Shown piece by piece: positions 50,721-64,000 of a DNA stretch of 64,000 nt. Each line of letters starts with the position of its first letter. Position 1 is the stretch's first letter. The translations under genes and the position numbers were made by a program. This DNA comes from Octopus vulgaris. Lineage: Eukaryota. A model generated the notes under the pieces. It did not search any database, was not told the origin of the DNA, and was given only the letters and a program-made list of their open reading frames with translations. The DNA lies in NCBI GenBank assembly GCA_951406725.2, contig OX597820.1, positions 71,424,001 through 71,488,000 on the forward strand, in the 5' to 3' direction.

Positions 50721-53159
50721 ATAACCAAGTATAGAGGATGAATTGTTCTATATGATAACCTTTCTAGATAACAGCTGGCTTCAAAAATTGAATGCAAATT
50801 GGCAATGTTTTCTTTGCATTTTGTTTTGTTTTGCTCTATTAACCTGGTTAGTTTATCCCATTTAAAATAATATTGTAAAAAATGAATGAATTCTCCAGAG
50901 AAAATATTACTTTCCAATATCTTTAGTTACATATGAAAAAGACATATATGGTTAAGAAGAATACTACTTCAACATAACTGTTTGGGAATTGGAGATTTAT
51001 GTAAACTTCATTGTAAATAAGAATTGTTAGATTTATGTAAATTTTTCAATTATCATAAAATGTCTTGCAAATAAAAGGAATAATCTCTTATGTAAGCAGA
51101 AAGCATTATTAAAATGAAAATGTTTTTATGAAATGTTATTACCCCTCAAAATAAAATTATACCTCCAAGAACAGGATGAGATTGCTCTAAGAATTTGAAT
51201 GAATTTTAAGAATGATAGTGCCATCACTTCTACCTTTGGCTGTGGAAAAGTTTTTATCATGCTGTTTTTATTATAGTGATGTGTAATAGAGTTTGTGATC
51301 TAACCGCCAAAACTTCACACCCTATTTTCCTCATCAGGACTTGGAGAGTGATTCAGAGTCATCATGTCAGCTGAGTACAACTGAAGAATCTATAACTTGA
51401 TCAAAGTGTATGGTAATGTGTAAAGCAAAATATACATGTGAAGTCAATACATACTAGTTGAGGGCAGCTTTAGTAAAAGTTAGCTGAACAAAGTTTACTA
51501 TGTAGAATGAGCTTATGTGGCATCAAAAGAATAGAATTCTGATGTTGGTTATGTCCTTTATTGAAGAAAAGGTAATGAGATGGTTGAAGAATGTTGTGTA
51601 CATTAGACTGGGGAGTGTATGACCAGTATAGACGAAAATGATGAGGTATGAAACAAACTAACCATCAGAAGGTGTTGCTGCAATGTTACATATCAACCAC
51701 TTGTTGACAAGTTTTTAACAGCCCTAATACATATTGAATCAAAGTATTATAGGTAGATGGTGGGAAGAAAATTCATCTCAGGCTCATGAAAATGACATTC
51801 AGAAGCAAGAAGCAACAAAAGAAGGCCACTTCATTTTCTAAGTACATCTAGAGCTTGATGGAGAAAGGAATTGACATGAAATTATCTTGGTTTATTGTTG
51901 AAACTGACAATTCAAAGAACAAATATATTCATTTAAATGAAATTCACCTTCTTTACATCATTTGATCATTTTTTAATTTATATAAGATATGAAGAATGAC
52001 AAAGGGAAATAAAAAGACAATAAATACATCCTAAAAACGTGTGCAAGGTAATTTCTTAAGTTATGGGTGACAATATGTTCAACAAAGAACTCAATAAATA
52101 TATAAATCAGTCTTATTTGGTTTATGACTTGCTCATCTACTATATCTTATTCTAAAATTATTGTCTTATCTTTCTTTTTTATGGGCTTCCATGCAGAAGT
52201 ATATATAACATTTATCTTGTAATTGTTCTCTTTTCCAATAGACATTTTTCTTTCTGAATTATTTCATAGACTGCAAAGTTTCCTGGAACTGACTTTTAAT
52301 ACGTATTCTTATTTCTATTTAGAAACTACAATTTCTATTTTCAGCACTCTAACACTATTTCTTTGATGAATTGTCCTCACCTTTTCTTTACTAAAATTAT
52401 TGTGTTGCAGTTAAATATATAGAATGGAATATTTATTTCTTCTTTTGAGTAAATGAAGGAAATTTATATTGTTAATCCTAGAAAATTAATGGCTATATTG
52501 TTATTAAAAATATATAAAAAATACAGTTCCTTTGTATACGTATTGAGTATTACATTTTCTTTCTTAATATTGAATCTATGTGAGTGTAAATCATTCTGCT
52601 GCTATTTTTGCAAAATCAATCAATGAAGAAAAAAGAAAGATGATTTTTTATAGTTCAGCATTAAATAGCAGTTGCACTTGTAATTGTTTTCAATGTTTTT
52701 GGCTATTATTTACTTAATGAAATATTCTAAGTTTACCTCCATTTGAAGAATGAGTTCTCAAGTGAATTTAAAATTCACTCGTTGTTTAACCACAGGTCAA
52801 TCCTGATAGACATGACTACTCTGTCTTTTTAAGACTACATTATCTAATGTGTGATCCACTTTTTAAAGACAGTAGGAAACTTGGCTGGATAGTAATGAAA
52901 TTTGTTTACTATTTCTATCCAGTTGACTTTTTGATGCATATAAAAAAACTTAGCAGTTGTAGTATAGTAACTTAATCCCATTTCATCTCTGAACAAACAG
53001 ACCTATGATGAAAGGCATTCCAGCTATGGCCAGTTTATCCTCTATTCAAGCACAGTATATATGTGCCTAATGTAACGTTTCCATCTTTTCTAAGGCAACA
53101 GAATATGATTTGAGGGAGATTTGACTGTCATTTGTAGCAGGTTGAATGACTGTGATAGT

Positions 53160-53582
53160 CTCACTTTAGTTATCATATTTTTGTTGAAATACACTACCTT
53201 TGTTTAAATTAATTTTCAAAATAACGAAGAATTGAGAAAAATAATTTTGTCATTATTAAATTGGCAGGATTATTAGTATGCTAGCATCTCATGTCTTTAT
53301 GTTTTGAATTCAAATTCAGCTGTGGTCACCTTGGTCTTTCATACTTGCAGGATTGATGAAATAAGTTCCAGTAGAGTAGTGGAGTCAATGTAATCAACTA
53401 GTCCACCCCTTCTCTTAAAATTCTAGACCCTGTTTCTATAGTAGAAAGTATTATCAAGCTGGTGTTTGGAACATAAATTAACATGAAATTTTATCAGAAG
53501 GTTTTAATTTTAAACAGTTTTTAAAAAACAAGTTTGTAGAATGAAGGGCAGCCTTAGGTGGGATAGTATCAAAAAGGGTTAG
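53160..53582. mobile_element. Probable piggyBac-like MITE with nested SINE family B (~53290-53450)
   Basis: Right end ...tatcaaaaagggtta; nested tctttcatacttgcaggattgatgaaataagttccag core. Confidence 0.4.
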
Positions 53583-55884
53583 GCAAATTTTTATTGGCTG
53601 ACACAGGCATTGTTGTAAAAGTAATTTATCAACACAAACTGAAATTTATTAATGGTAATCTTAGATGCTAACAAGTATTGGATGGGATTGTAGCAGTTGA
53701 ATTTGCTATTTTAAAATATTTAAACAGAAAACTGTTAACCCAGATTATAATCTCTTATTTTCATTTAAGAGGATTTTAAGCTTCTTAACTGTTCACCATA
53801 TAGTCATATGTTCAAATCTCTATTACCATTGGGTTGTGTTTTTGAACAAGTCATCTATGTTTACTCTGGTTTACATGACTGAATGTAAGAAAAAGAGTTC
53901 AAAGTCTTCTTTGACAGCCAAGCAGTTATCTATCAGAAATGCACCCAGCTGTAAAATCAATAACTTCAGTAGATAAATCCTTCATCTGTGTAAGTATGAA
54001 AGAATGGCTGTAAAACAGTTACACTCGTGGTACAAAACTTTACCTTAAGCAAAAATATATGTGATAGGTATTTAATTGTCTAATAGCCAATTCAATACAT
54101 CTAATTATTTTCTGAAGGTGTTAATACTTTGAACATAAATGCATTACAAAAGGTAATAATTGCAAAGATAAATAGCTTTATGTTTGCCTGAGCTTGGCTT
54201 GATATAACATTTTTATGGCATTCTTGTCCTTTAGTGTAATTGTAACAGGTCAGAAGAATGTCTTATACTAAGAAAAAAAAAAATTATATCGGAAAACAGA
54301 CTTAAAGGAAATTTGAAAGCCCAAGATGATATGTGAATGAAAATATGATAACAGTGTTTAGGAAACAAATCAGTTTATGCTAGGTTTTGAATGGAAATGT
54401 ACATCAACTATCACAGATTTAGCTTTCAGTTGCTATTATTGCTCCACTGAAATAAAATTGTTATTAAAGATATCTGCAATGATATGTTACTGAAAATATT
54501 TTTCAGGAATTGTATTAACTCCTTTGAAAAGCATTGTATTCTGTTGCAAACCTTTCCATGAAATCGAAATTACAATATAGGAAGAAAATTATAGTATATG
54601 AAAATAAATTGTACCTACGTAGAGCAGAATGACATTATAAATTTGATGTGAGCATTAAAAACATTATTATTTGGTAAAGAGAAACTGAGTGTCAGTGTTG
54701 TAGTTTGCAAATATCATTTTATCATTTTATGTAGTTGTAAGCTCTGGGTAAGATAAATTTCTATTTCAAATTATTCCTGTTTCAGGTTAGATATATAAAC
54801 TCTAAAAATAATAAAAATAGTTTGCCAAAATTATTTGAAAGAAGCAAATTTCATTTCATAATGGAAAAATGTACTTTTTAATGTTTTATTTATTGAATTG
54901 AAGAAAGAATGGAAAACGATAAAGTGCTATTTACAGTTCCTAGCAAGTCTTCTATTTTTCATTATTTTCAAGAATATTTTGTCAGAATCATCAAAAGTAT
55001 TTTAACATACTCATTAAAACTGGCATGTCTTAGTCTGAAGTACAAAATTCTGATTTCTACCTTCACATCTGCTCTTTAATATTCTCTTGGAAATTAATTT
55101 GTAATTTCTTTTAATTATCTCTGTTTTCCATTGAGAAACAATAATAATTGTCATTAGGTGTTTGTTTTCTTTTTCCAAAAAGAAGTAAATTTCAGTCTGT
55201 TAAGAACTTTTGCATGTATCTTTCAATACATCACTATCTCAAAATTTGTAATTAATCTACTTGAGTTACTTTTCTCAGCTCATTCAATGCAGTTATGCAC
55301 TTTACAATGCTAAACTGTACAATGCTATTTTCTTGCAAAAATCTTTGTCCACTGATTTGATTTGCTGATGTAGCCCAATAAGACCGAAACATGTTCATTA
55401 TTGTCACTGCAAATAAAGAGGAATATATAAACTGACTTCCAAAAGAAAATATATTCACAACACTGTTGATATAATCATAGTAATTCATTTGTGTTATAAT
55501 ATATTCTAATAATCATGCTAAGAAAACTTCATTCTTTTTTCAGATACAACAAAGATAAAGAAATAGGAGGATCCCAAGTATCCTAAATATACATATTTGA
55601 AGTTAAGGAGACTAATAGTTAGCAGTAGTTACAAACAAAACATTCTCTAAGCATTTTTTTCTATATTAGCATGGGTTAGATAGATCTCTTGAAAACTCAG
55701 CATCATCCTGTTAGTGCTGCCCTGTATTTTGAGATCTGGCTTTATCAGTTCACATTTCTTAGTCATTTGATCTGATCTCATCTTCTGTTAGAATACACTA
55801 CCTCTTCACTGAGCACTTTTTGTCCATTCACTTCACATCCCCATATCACTTTTTATATATGCTTGGTGCTTGTGTGTATTTAGA

Positions 55885-55947
55885 GAGAGAGCAAGAGAGA
55901 GAGAGAGAGAGAGAGAGAGCAAGAGAGAGAGAGAGAGATATAGAGAG
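55885..55947. repeat. (GA)n microsatellite
   Basis: Directly visible. Confidence 0.9.
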
Positions 55948-55956
55948 TGGGAGAAA

Positions 55957-57597
55957 GTGAGACAGGTTGCCCTGGGAAGCTCCACTATGTTGATGACCTA
56001 GCCCTCATAGCAGAATCATTACCGGAACCAGAGAAGAAATTTCGTGTGTGGAAGCTAAGTTTAGAATCAAAAGGCCTTAGAGTCAATGTAGAAATGACCA
56101 AAGTTCTTGTAAGTAGGAAGGCAAACTCACCACACACACCCTTAGGTAGGTGGCCCTGCTCGATCTGTAGAAAAGATGTAGGTAGAAGCTCCATAAGATG
56201 TACCCAGTGTAAGCTATGGACACATAAGAGGTGCAGCAGCATCAAAGGAAAATTAACCGAGAAGATAGCTTTCATGTGCAGCAGATGCACAGGGGCAATA
56301 GACACCACTGATATTAAGAACACAGATTCCATTATACTCCAGCGGGAGAAACAAGAAGTAGTTGATAGTTTCCGCTACCTAGGTGACCAAGTTTGTAGTG
56401 TGGTTGGATACTCAGAGAGTGATACCACTAGAATAAGAATAGCCTGGGCAAAGTTTAGAAAGCTTCTTCCCCTACTGGTGACAAAGGGTCTCTTGCTCAG
56501 AGTGAAAGGTAGATTGTACGATGCATGTGTGCGAACTGCCATGCTTCACGGCAGTGAAACATGGACTGTGACTGCGGAGGATATGTGTAGGCTCGAAAGA
56601 AATTAAGCTAGCATAATTTGCTGGATGTGTAAAGTCAGTGTCCATGCACGACAGAGTGTAAGCACCCTGAGAGAAATGTTGGACATAAGAAGCATTGGAT
56701 GCGTCGTGCAGGAGAGACGTTTGCGTTGGTATGATCATGTACTATGGATGGATGAGGAGAGATGTGTGAAAAAGTGCCACTCCCAAACTGTTGAAGGAAT
56801 CTGGAGTAGATGTAGACCCAGAAAGACATGGGATAAGGTGGTCAAGCATGACCTTCGTACGTTGAGGCTCACAGAGGCTATGATGAAAGACCGAGACCTC
56901 TGAAGATATGCTGTGACTTTGAAGACCCGACAAATGAAGTGAGTTCATGGCTCACAGGATGGCCTGCCATGATAACCTTGGATCGTAGAGTGACCTGCTG
57001 TGCTTGAGGAGACCTATTAAGTCAAGTACATCACCATCAACATCAAAATAAAAATCAATGGATATTGTAGTTAAGATACCTGTACCAGTGGCACATTGGG
57101 CCTCACAGAGGAATGACGAAAGACCGAGACCTCTGACTGTGAAGACCCGACAAATGAAGTGAGTTCATGGCTCACAGGACGGCCTGCTGTGCTAACCTTG
57201 GATTGTAAAATGACCTGCTGTGCTTGAGGAGACCTGTTTAATCAAGTGTGTCAACACCAACATCAAAATATAAATCAAATGGATATTGTAGTTGAGATAC
57301 CGATGCCAGTGGCACGTAAAAAGCACCATCTGAATGTGGCTGATGCCAGCGCTGCCTGACTGGCGTCCGTGTCAGTAATACATAAAAAGTACCAACCGAT
57401 CGTGGCTGTTTGCCAGCCTCCTCATAAAAAGCACTCACTACACTCATGGAGTGGTTGGCGTTAGGAAGGGCATCCAGCTGTACAAACACTGTCAGATCAG
57501 ACTGGAGCCTGGCACAGCCTCCTGGCTTCCCAGAGCCTGGTTGAACCATCCAACCCATGCTAGCATGGAAAATGGACTTATGATGATGATGATGATG
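55957..57597 (+). mobile_element. 5'-truncated RTE-clade LINE: RT C-terminal half, PHD-like finger, 3' UTR, (GAT)n tail
   Basis: YVDDLALIAES...GLRVN..TKVL...FRYLG...KGRLYDACVRTAMLHGSETW, RRLRWY.HV, RPRKTW; stop at 56604-56606. Confidence 0.92.
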
Positions 57598-57599
57598 TT

Positions 57600-58260
57600 T
57601 AGCGAGTGATTCACTGAACTTCTTCCAACCGTCTCTTGTCTTAACCACCCACCTTGCTTTCATTATATCCATATTAACACAATTCAGATAGCAGAAGCTA
57701 TAAACTATCCAGCATATTTTCTCAGATGTTCATTGATAACACTTTAATTCTTTTACTGCTAGCTACTCCTGCACAGGTAGTTCACCCAAAGTTTACCAGA
57801 AATTCCACTGCATCTTTTGTATATCTACTGTTTTCACTAAAGTACATTGTTGATTCAGTTTCTTTTGAACATATTGAGCAAGGTCACTTCCCAAATGGTA
57901 TTGGAATTTTCTTTCCTCTGTTGCTCAATAGAATTTCCACTTTTATTATTGACTGCAGACCTTTAGATTCAGACTTTAGATATGAGTATGCTATAGTTAC
58001 TAGAAGTCCTCTTGTTCTGAACACCTATGTTATTGCATCTCCTTAAGAAAAAGAAGAGGATTTGGAAGAGCCCTGATGAACTTCTTACCAAGATACTAAT
58101 TTCTTCATTCAGTTTGTGGTTAACCTTTATTTCTTATCAAGACACACCTGTACTCATTTACTTATACCCAATATATTTAGTCCTGACCAGACTACAAGAG
58201 AGTGAAATACTATCAGAATCCTTTCTTTTTTTGATATGTTAATCATATAAAAGCTTTTCA
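57600..58260 (-). mobile_element. Very degenerate RTE fragment
   Basis: Minus strand has remnants of the ESKGL and GKWPCSIC segments (near 57870-57970). Confidence 0.45.
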
Positions 58261-58851
58261 CTTAACAAGATGTGATGATTATGTTCTGCAACAGCTCAGT
58301 AAAATGTGTAAAAACCTTTTAATATATAAGGAACTTACACTCGTCAATGGGAATCAGATGCTCGTCATGAAGTGACACAGGTGGTGGTCTGCTGTTAAGG
58401 AAGAAAGTAATAGGATGAAAAAAGAAGGGAGTAATGTCAAGACAGAGAGAGAGAGAGGTGTTGGATGAGTAGGAAGAAATTCAGTACTACCACACATCTT
58501 AAATGGTTTGATAAGAAGGTGTAGTATAGACAGAAGTAGTTATGATTCTCTGGCCCCTAAAGGAATGTGTGATTGAAATCATTGTCATCATTGACCACCA
58601 TGAGACAAGTGGATAATTCTTGGCATCTCTTCCTTTTTTCCCTTTATTCTTTATTTACTTTTGATGTTGCCAGGTCATTGTCAAATTTGTTGGACATTTT
58701 CTCTCCCATAGGCATGTACAAATGTTTATATAAATATACCTGTATATATATGTGTGTGGGTAAACATAAATTTATGTCCCTGTATGTATATGTGTGTGTA
58801 TATTTAAATATGTATGCTTATGTGTATATAAGTAAAAGTATGTATTTATGC

Positions 58852-58882
<31 letters not shown>

Positions 58883-58912
58883 TTTAAGTATGTATATGTA
58901 TATAGATAAATG

Positions 58913-58957
<45 letters not shown>

Positions 58958-58960
<3 letters not shown>

Positions 58961-61075
58961 AAGACAAGAGAAGAGTGGAGATTTATTCACATCCAAAACT
59001 TTTTTAATAAAAAAGTTTTCTATAGCCTATATAACAATGACCAACATATGTTTCAACTGCAGCAACTACACATTGCTCCATATGCATTTATGCATCCTAG
59101 TTACTGTAATTTCATCAAGGGTTCATCACTTATGACATTTTCAAAGTGAACCAATTCAAACAAGCTTCCTGTGATGGTATTCAGTGGAAGGTTATAGCAT
59201 TACTTTGTAAATCAAATTGAATTCTAATCTTATAATCACCTCTACTGGTATTACAGTTGAATCGTGGTTTATAAATGTTCATTCATATTATAATCAATTG
59301 TTACTGTGTTTTGTTTACATTTTACTTCATGGAGTACGTTATTTATTCAGAGGTAATTCACTTATGTTTGGGTTTATACCTTCAATACTATATTGTTATT
59401 ATTACTATAATTATTTTAGTATTATTTGCAAAAATATCATTAATTATTACAATCATTATGTTAACTAGTATAATTACAATAGATGGTAATTTATGTTCTT
59501 TAAATCATTTAAATATATATTTAATTCAATGTGGACATCTCATAGCCTGTTCTTGTCTATTGTATATAATAGTATATTTAAGAAAAAAAATTTGGTACAT
59601 TTCCTCCACACAATGGTACATCTATTATTACCTATTCTATAGGATTTTGCTTTACTAATAATTTCCCAAGCAATCGAAAATATTTTGTTACTATCTTTAT
59701 GTGCCCAAATTAGCTTACTAAGGCTGGTAGTATTCATTTTGTTCCTATTTCTATTAAACTTAAATGATTGGCCTTTTCTGCTTAATATAACATGAGCTAC
59801 TTCCTATATAGAAATATTCTCTATGCTGAAGTAATCTTACATCTATATACAATCTTTTTGTATTTACAATCAGAGCCAAGTGGACTGGCCCTGTACTTTT
59901 CACAGTTACAACTAATAGTTCTAGTACTTCCATCACTATCATCCACTTCAACTACTCTAGATGTGGTTTTAATATTCTCCTGTCTATCTTCTAAGATATT
60001 ATTTCTCGCCACAGAGATAACACTCTGAGTACTTTGCCATCTAGGATTGATATCCACTTCTTCCAGGCCAACTGTGGAGCTCCCTCAGGTCTCTTCAACT
60101 CCATTGGTTGTCAAACAATAGTTTCTATCCTGATACCCAGCTGTGTTACCCATGGTTTGTCTGCTCATGTTGAAATTGTTGCTATTTATTGATCTATAAT
60201 TATAATTCTGGTTACTATTATTGCTTTTACTCATGTGGAAACTTAAATTTACTATCATTGTGTGCAGCTATAATTTGTTCTAGATTTTTTACTATTAAAG
60301 AAAGCTAATCTAACCTGTTTATTATAAAATATTCTATAGTATATTTTGGTATATTGGAAATCATTTGTTTTCTGAAGGGAATTATTTACCATTTGATATA
60401 GATAGAGGTATCCATATTACTAAGGTATGTATTTCTGTTTCTACCTTAGCTTTTTGTAAAAGTGTGTAATCTCTTTATCTGGTTCTTATTATGGCATTGG
60501 GTTTGTTTTCTATTATATTTGTCAATTATTTGTATATTACTATTTACAGAGTTTACGTATTGCTTAGGTAAATTTATTGTGAAATTTATAAAAGTCCTCG
60601 TTTATTTTAAATACTTCCTCATTCACTGAGAGTTAATTAATTTGGATTGATATATTTTCTACTATTGATCTGGTAATACTTTTTGGGTGAAAGTATCTAA
60701 GGTTTGTATTAGGTTTATGATAAGGTGCGTGTATATCTTACTTAGATGTAAGGCCTGTGTATACCTGTACTTAGATCTAAATTAACATCAAGAAAGTTAA
60801 CTGAGTTATGTTCCTTTTCTATAGATATTGAGACTCCTATGTTTTCAAAGAACCTAAAAAATGTCTTCCTATATTTTTCTATGTCTCAATTTGAGGGGTT
60901 AAACTGAGTGAAAAGTGCATTATCCCTGTATAGACCCCTTCATATTTCTAGGAGTTCTTTATACAGGTAAAATAAAATGTATGTCTCTATTAGGTCTGTT
61001 ACCTGTGCAGAGTTTGTCTATCCCATTGTTATATCGAACATCTCTGGTCTATCCTTTCTCACCTAGTACTTTCCC
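58958..61075 (-). mobile_element. Decayed Penelope-like element (RT + GIY-YIG endonuclease + pLTR)
   Basis: Minus strand: FDITMG..SAQVTDLI (~61000-61045), LYRDN (~60920-60933), CNC..PLGSDC...IVYRCKI (59821-59910), NTTSLSKLIW...IAWEIISKAKSY...RC (59540-59737). Confidence 0.85.
59039..59124 (-). ncRNA. Hammerhead motif in Penelope 3' pLTR
   Basis: Minus strand: gaaccc TTGATGA aattacagtaacta...tagttgctgcagtt GAAA CATATG TT ggtc; P2 13/14 bp, P3 ACATATGT, one core deviation. Confidence 0.68.
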
Positions 61076-61147
61076 TCAAATTTTATAATTCCAAAGCATG
61101 TTTATCGACTTTTTGATGTTTACATTATTCTCGAGTACAAAGTGCGT

Positions 61148-61193
61148 GCACACACACACACACGCGCATGCACACACACACACACACGTGCAT

Positions 61194-61259
<66 letters not shown>

Positions 61260-61260
61260 A
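61148..61260. repeat. (CA)n microsatellite
   Basis: Directly visible. Confidence 0.95.
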
Positions 61261-61810
61261 ATAAGAATCTTTATGTATATATATTTCAGCACTTTCTGAT
61301 TGGAAATGTAAACACCAGAAAGAAAACTGATATACATGTGCTTTCAAACAAAAATACCTTGTATAGCATTTGTTCCACTTGAGTTCCACAGATACTTTCC
61401 TGTCACTTGCATCATCATAAATGCAGTGAACCAGTGACTGTTCTGTTTGAAACCTGTAACCGATGGCATTATTCTTCACAGAATGCAATATAAAATAAAA
61501 TACAATTAAATAACTATAACAACATTTCTCTTAAATAACTACTGCATCATTTCTCTTGTCAGCTAGGGGCATTATCATGCTGATGACATCTTGAGGAAAA
61601 TTGATTGAATTTATTTTCTTCTGGGAGAGAGATGTCCTTATGTGTGAAAGGTGGCTTTCTTTAGTACAATTTGGGCTTTCAATTGTAGTTAGCATTTTTA
61701 ATGTGTTTTTCTCTTTCTAGTTTGCTCCTTAATGTCTAGGTAAAAAGAACAAACAAAAACAACTCTTAAATTCTATTTCTGAATTGAAATTTTTTTAATA
61801 GCAATTTGCT

Positions 61811-61858
<48 letters not shown>

Positions 61859-62066
61859 CATACATATATACCTATATATATATATATGTGTGTGTATATA
61901 TATGTATGTATATAGTCATATATACATGCATACATACATACATACATACATGCATGCATTCATACGTACATACATACATACATACATACATACATACATA
62001 CATACATACATACATACATACATACATCATACATATATGCATACCTACATATGTGTGTGTGCATAT
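61811..62066. repeat. Compound (TA)n/(CA)n/(CATA)n microsatellite
   Basis: Directly visible. Confidence 0.9.
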
Positions 62067-62067
62067 A

Positions 62068-63296
62068 CAGGGGTTGGACAAAATAATGGAAACACCTTAA
62101 AATTTCAAACAAATTTATTTTAATATGGGATAGGACTGCCTTTGGCAGTAATTACAGCTTAAATTTTATGAGGCCTGGACTTGTACAAAGTTTCTAAAAC
62201 AGTCTACAATTCTTGTAGTGATGATGGTGGAGGATATCGACTCCTTACTTGTTTTTCTAAAATGCACCATAAATGTTCAGTAATATTGAGATCTGGGGAC
62301 TGTGATGCCCAGATAAGATGTTCAACTTCACTAGAATGTTTCTTGTGCCATTCAGTAACAATTTTAGCTATGTGAATTTGTGCATTATCATCCTGAAAGA
62401 TTGCTTCCCTCTGGAAACAATTCTGCAATCAGAAGATGAATTTGATTAGATAAAATACTTAAATAGTCTTGACTATTAATTTTGACATGAAGGGAAACCA
62501 TTGAGCCAGCAGATTTCCAAGATATAGCACCCCCCCCCCCCCACCAGATCATCACAGATCCTCCTCCATGTTTAACAGTTGGAAGAAGGTAGTCTGGGTC
62601 AAATGCTTCCTTTGGCTGTCTCCACATGTATACTTGGTGGGTGGTCAGAAATAAGGTAAAAAATGACTCATCCAAGAAAATAACATTCTTACACTGCTCT
62701 AGGGACTAATACTGTAGGTTTTTATTCCATTCTAAATGCTTTGCAACGTTTATTTTTGAAAATAGTGTTTCTTTTTATTGCAGCCCTCCCATGAAGTCCA
62801 GCTTTGTGAAGCTCCTAGTGAACAGTTTTTGTGGGAACTGGGTTCTTGAGGTGGTCATTAAATTTTGCAGTAATTTTGGGAGCTGTACTTATGTGATCCT
62901 TTCTAACAATTCGTGTAAGAGTCTGACAGTCTTTATCTGAAAGTTTTGACTTTCTTCTGGAGTTTTGTTCCAACAAGGAGGTTTTTCCCTGTTTCTCGAG
63001 ACAGTACTTCTTGATACACCAAACATTTCAGTTGTTTTCATAATGCTAGCGCCTGCCATACAAGTGCCAACAATTTGACCTCTTTGAAAGTCTGATAGAT
63101 CTGTCATTTTAATGAATTTTAATTACCTTTTCCTGATGATATCTGGAAAGAAACAGCAATTTTAACAAAACATACTAAGCGACACTAATAATAAATAAAA
63201 AAACATGAAAATAAACAAGCTTTTGATAGTTTTATAGATATTTCAAAATTATGATACTATGATGCTAGGTGTTTCCATTATTTTGTTCAACCCCTG
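62068..63296 (-). mobile_element. Tc1-family transposon with DD36E spacing, full length, inactivated
   Basis: TA|caggggttggacaaaataatggaaacacc...ggtgtttccattattttgttcaacccctg|TA; MTDLSDFQRGQIVG, DES, PTVKHGGGSVMIW, QDDNAQIH...SPDLNITE. Confidence 0.92.
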
Positions 63297-64000
63297 TATA
63301 TAATAAAGTTAGTTTTCTATATCATGTTGTGCATGGAAACAATCTAACATTAGGCTAAAGGATTATTCAATACTTTTTAGTACAGGACATATTTATTAAC
63401 CTTTACAAGGAAAATGTTGACAGTAACTTTAAAGTTTTGAATTGCTTGGCTTCATCATAATATATGTATCGTTATGAACTATGTGATAGCCTGCCATCTT
63501 TTTCAGAGATGAGTTTCAACATCCTGGAGACCAAAAGGTTTGACCTCATGAGCTCTTCAAGTCAAGACAGATTTTAATTGCTTACATGTAAATTATCTTT
63601 GCCATTAGACTGTAGCTTTTCAGTATAAATAACCACTGTTTCTCAAAAGTGATCTGTTATAATTGCTTAGTACCCCGGCATAAGTGGTCAGATTCTCAGA
63701 TGTTAGTAGGTATTTGGAATGCTGCTATAAAATAAGTTAGTAATTTGGTGTACTCTGAGGATAGTTGAGTTTTGATGCTCTAGGCAGAAGGTTTTTTTCA
63801 TAATGATCAATTATGAAACACATTTTTTTTCTTAACTGTGTATTGTTTTGCTGAAAAACTGCTATTATTTGTTGGATTTTATTTGTGCTCAAAGATGTGA
63901 AAGACAACTATAATTTTAACAAAGTGCACCCTCATTTGATAATTGTCTCCTAATTAGCATGAATGTAAAACAAGAAAAACAAGAGGTATCATTTCTAATC

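Noticed and set aside
55252-55488. 78-aa minus-strand ORF with internal acceptor-like site
   Set aside because: No recognisable domain or supporting exons.

Overview
AT-rich, repeat-dense eukaryotic DNA. The SINE families, RTE (GAT)n tails and dense (TA)n/(CA)n microsatellites look like an octopus/cephalopod genome; this is an inference from repeat style. The only recognisable host-gene piece is one 100-bp + strand exon of SPO11 (14749-14848, TOPRIM region GKGFPD...DADAHG), so most of the window is probably very large intron. The rest is transposon debris: a nearly intact CR1/L2-group LINE, RTE LINEs with a PHD-type finger inside the RT region, a decayed Penelope-like element, two Tc1 elements (DD34E and DD36E), a Chapaev3 element, a Tigger remnant, MITEs and several SINE families. 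The most notable unannotated signal is a set of about nine type I hammerhead ribozyme motifs with palindromic stem III and often long stem II. Six cluster at 4.2-6.7 kb, several sit in fold-back inverted-repeat elements, and one lies just downstream of the Penelope GIY-YIG region on the same strand. All alignments and folds were done by eye, and element boundaries without TIR/TSD evidence are approximate.
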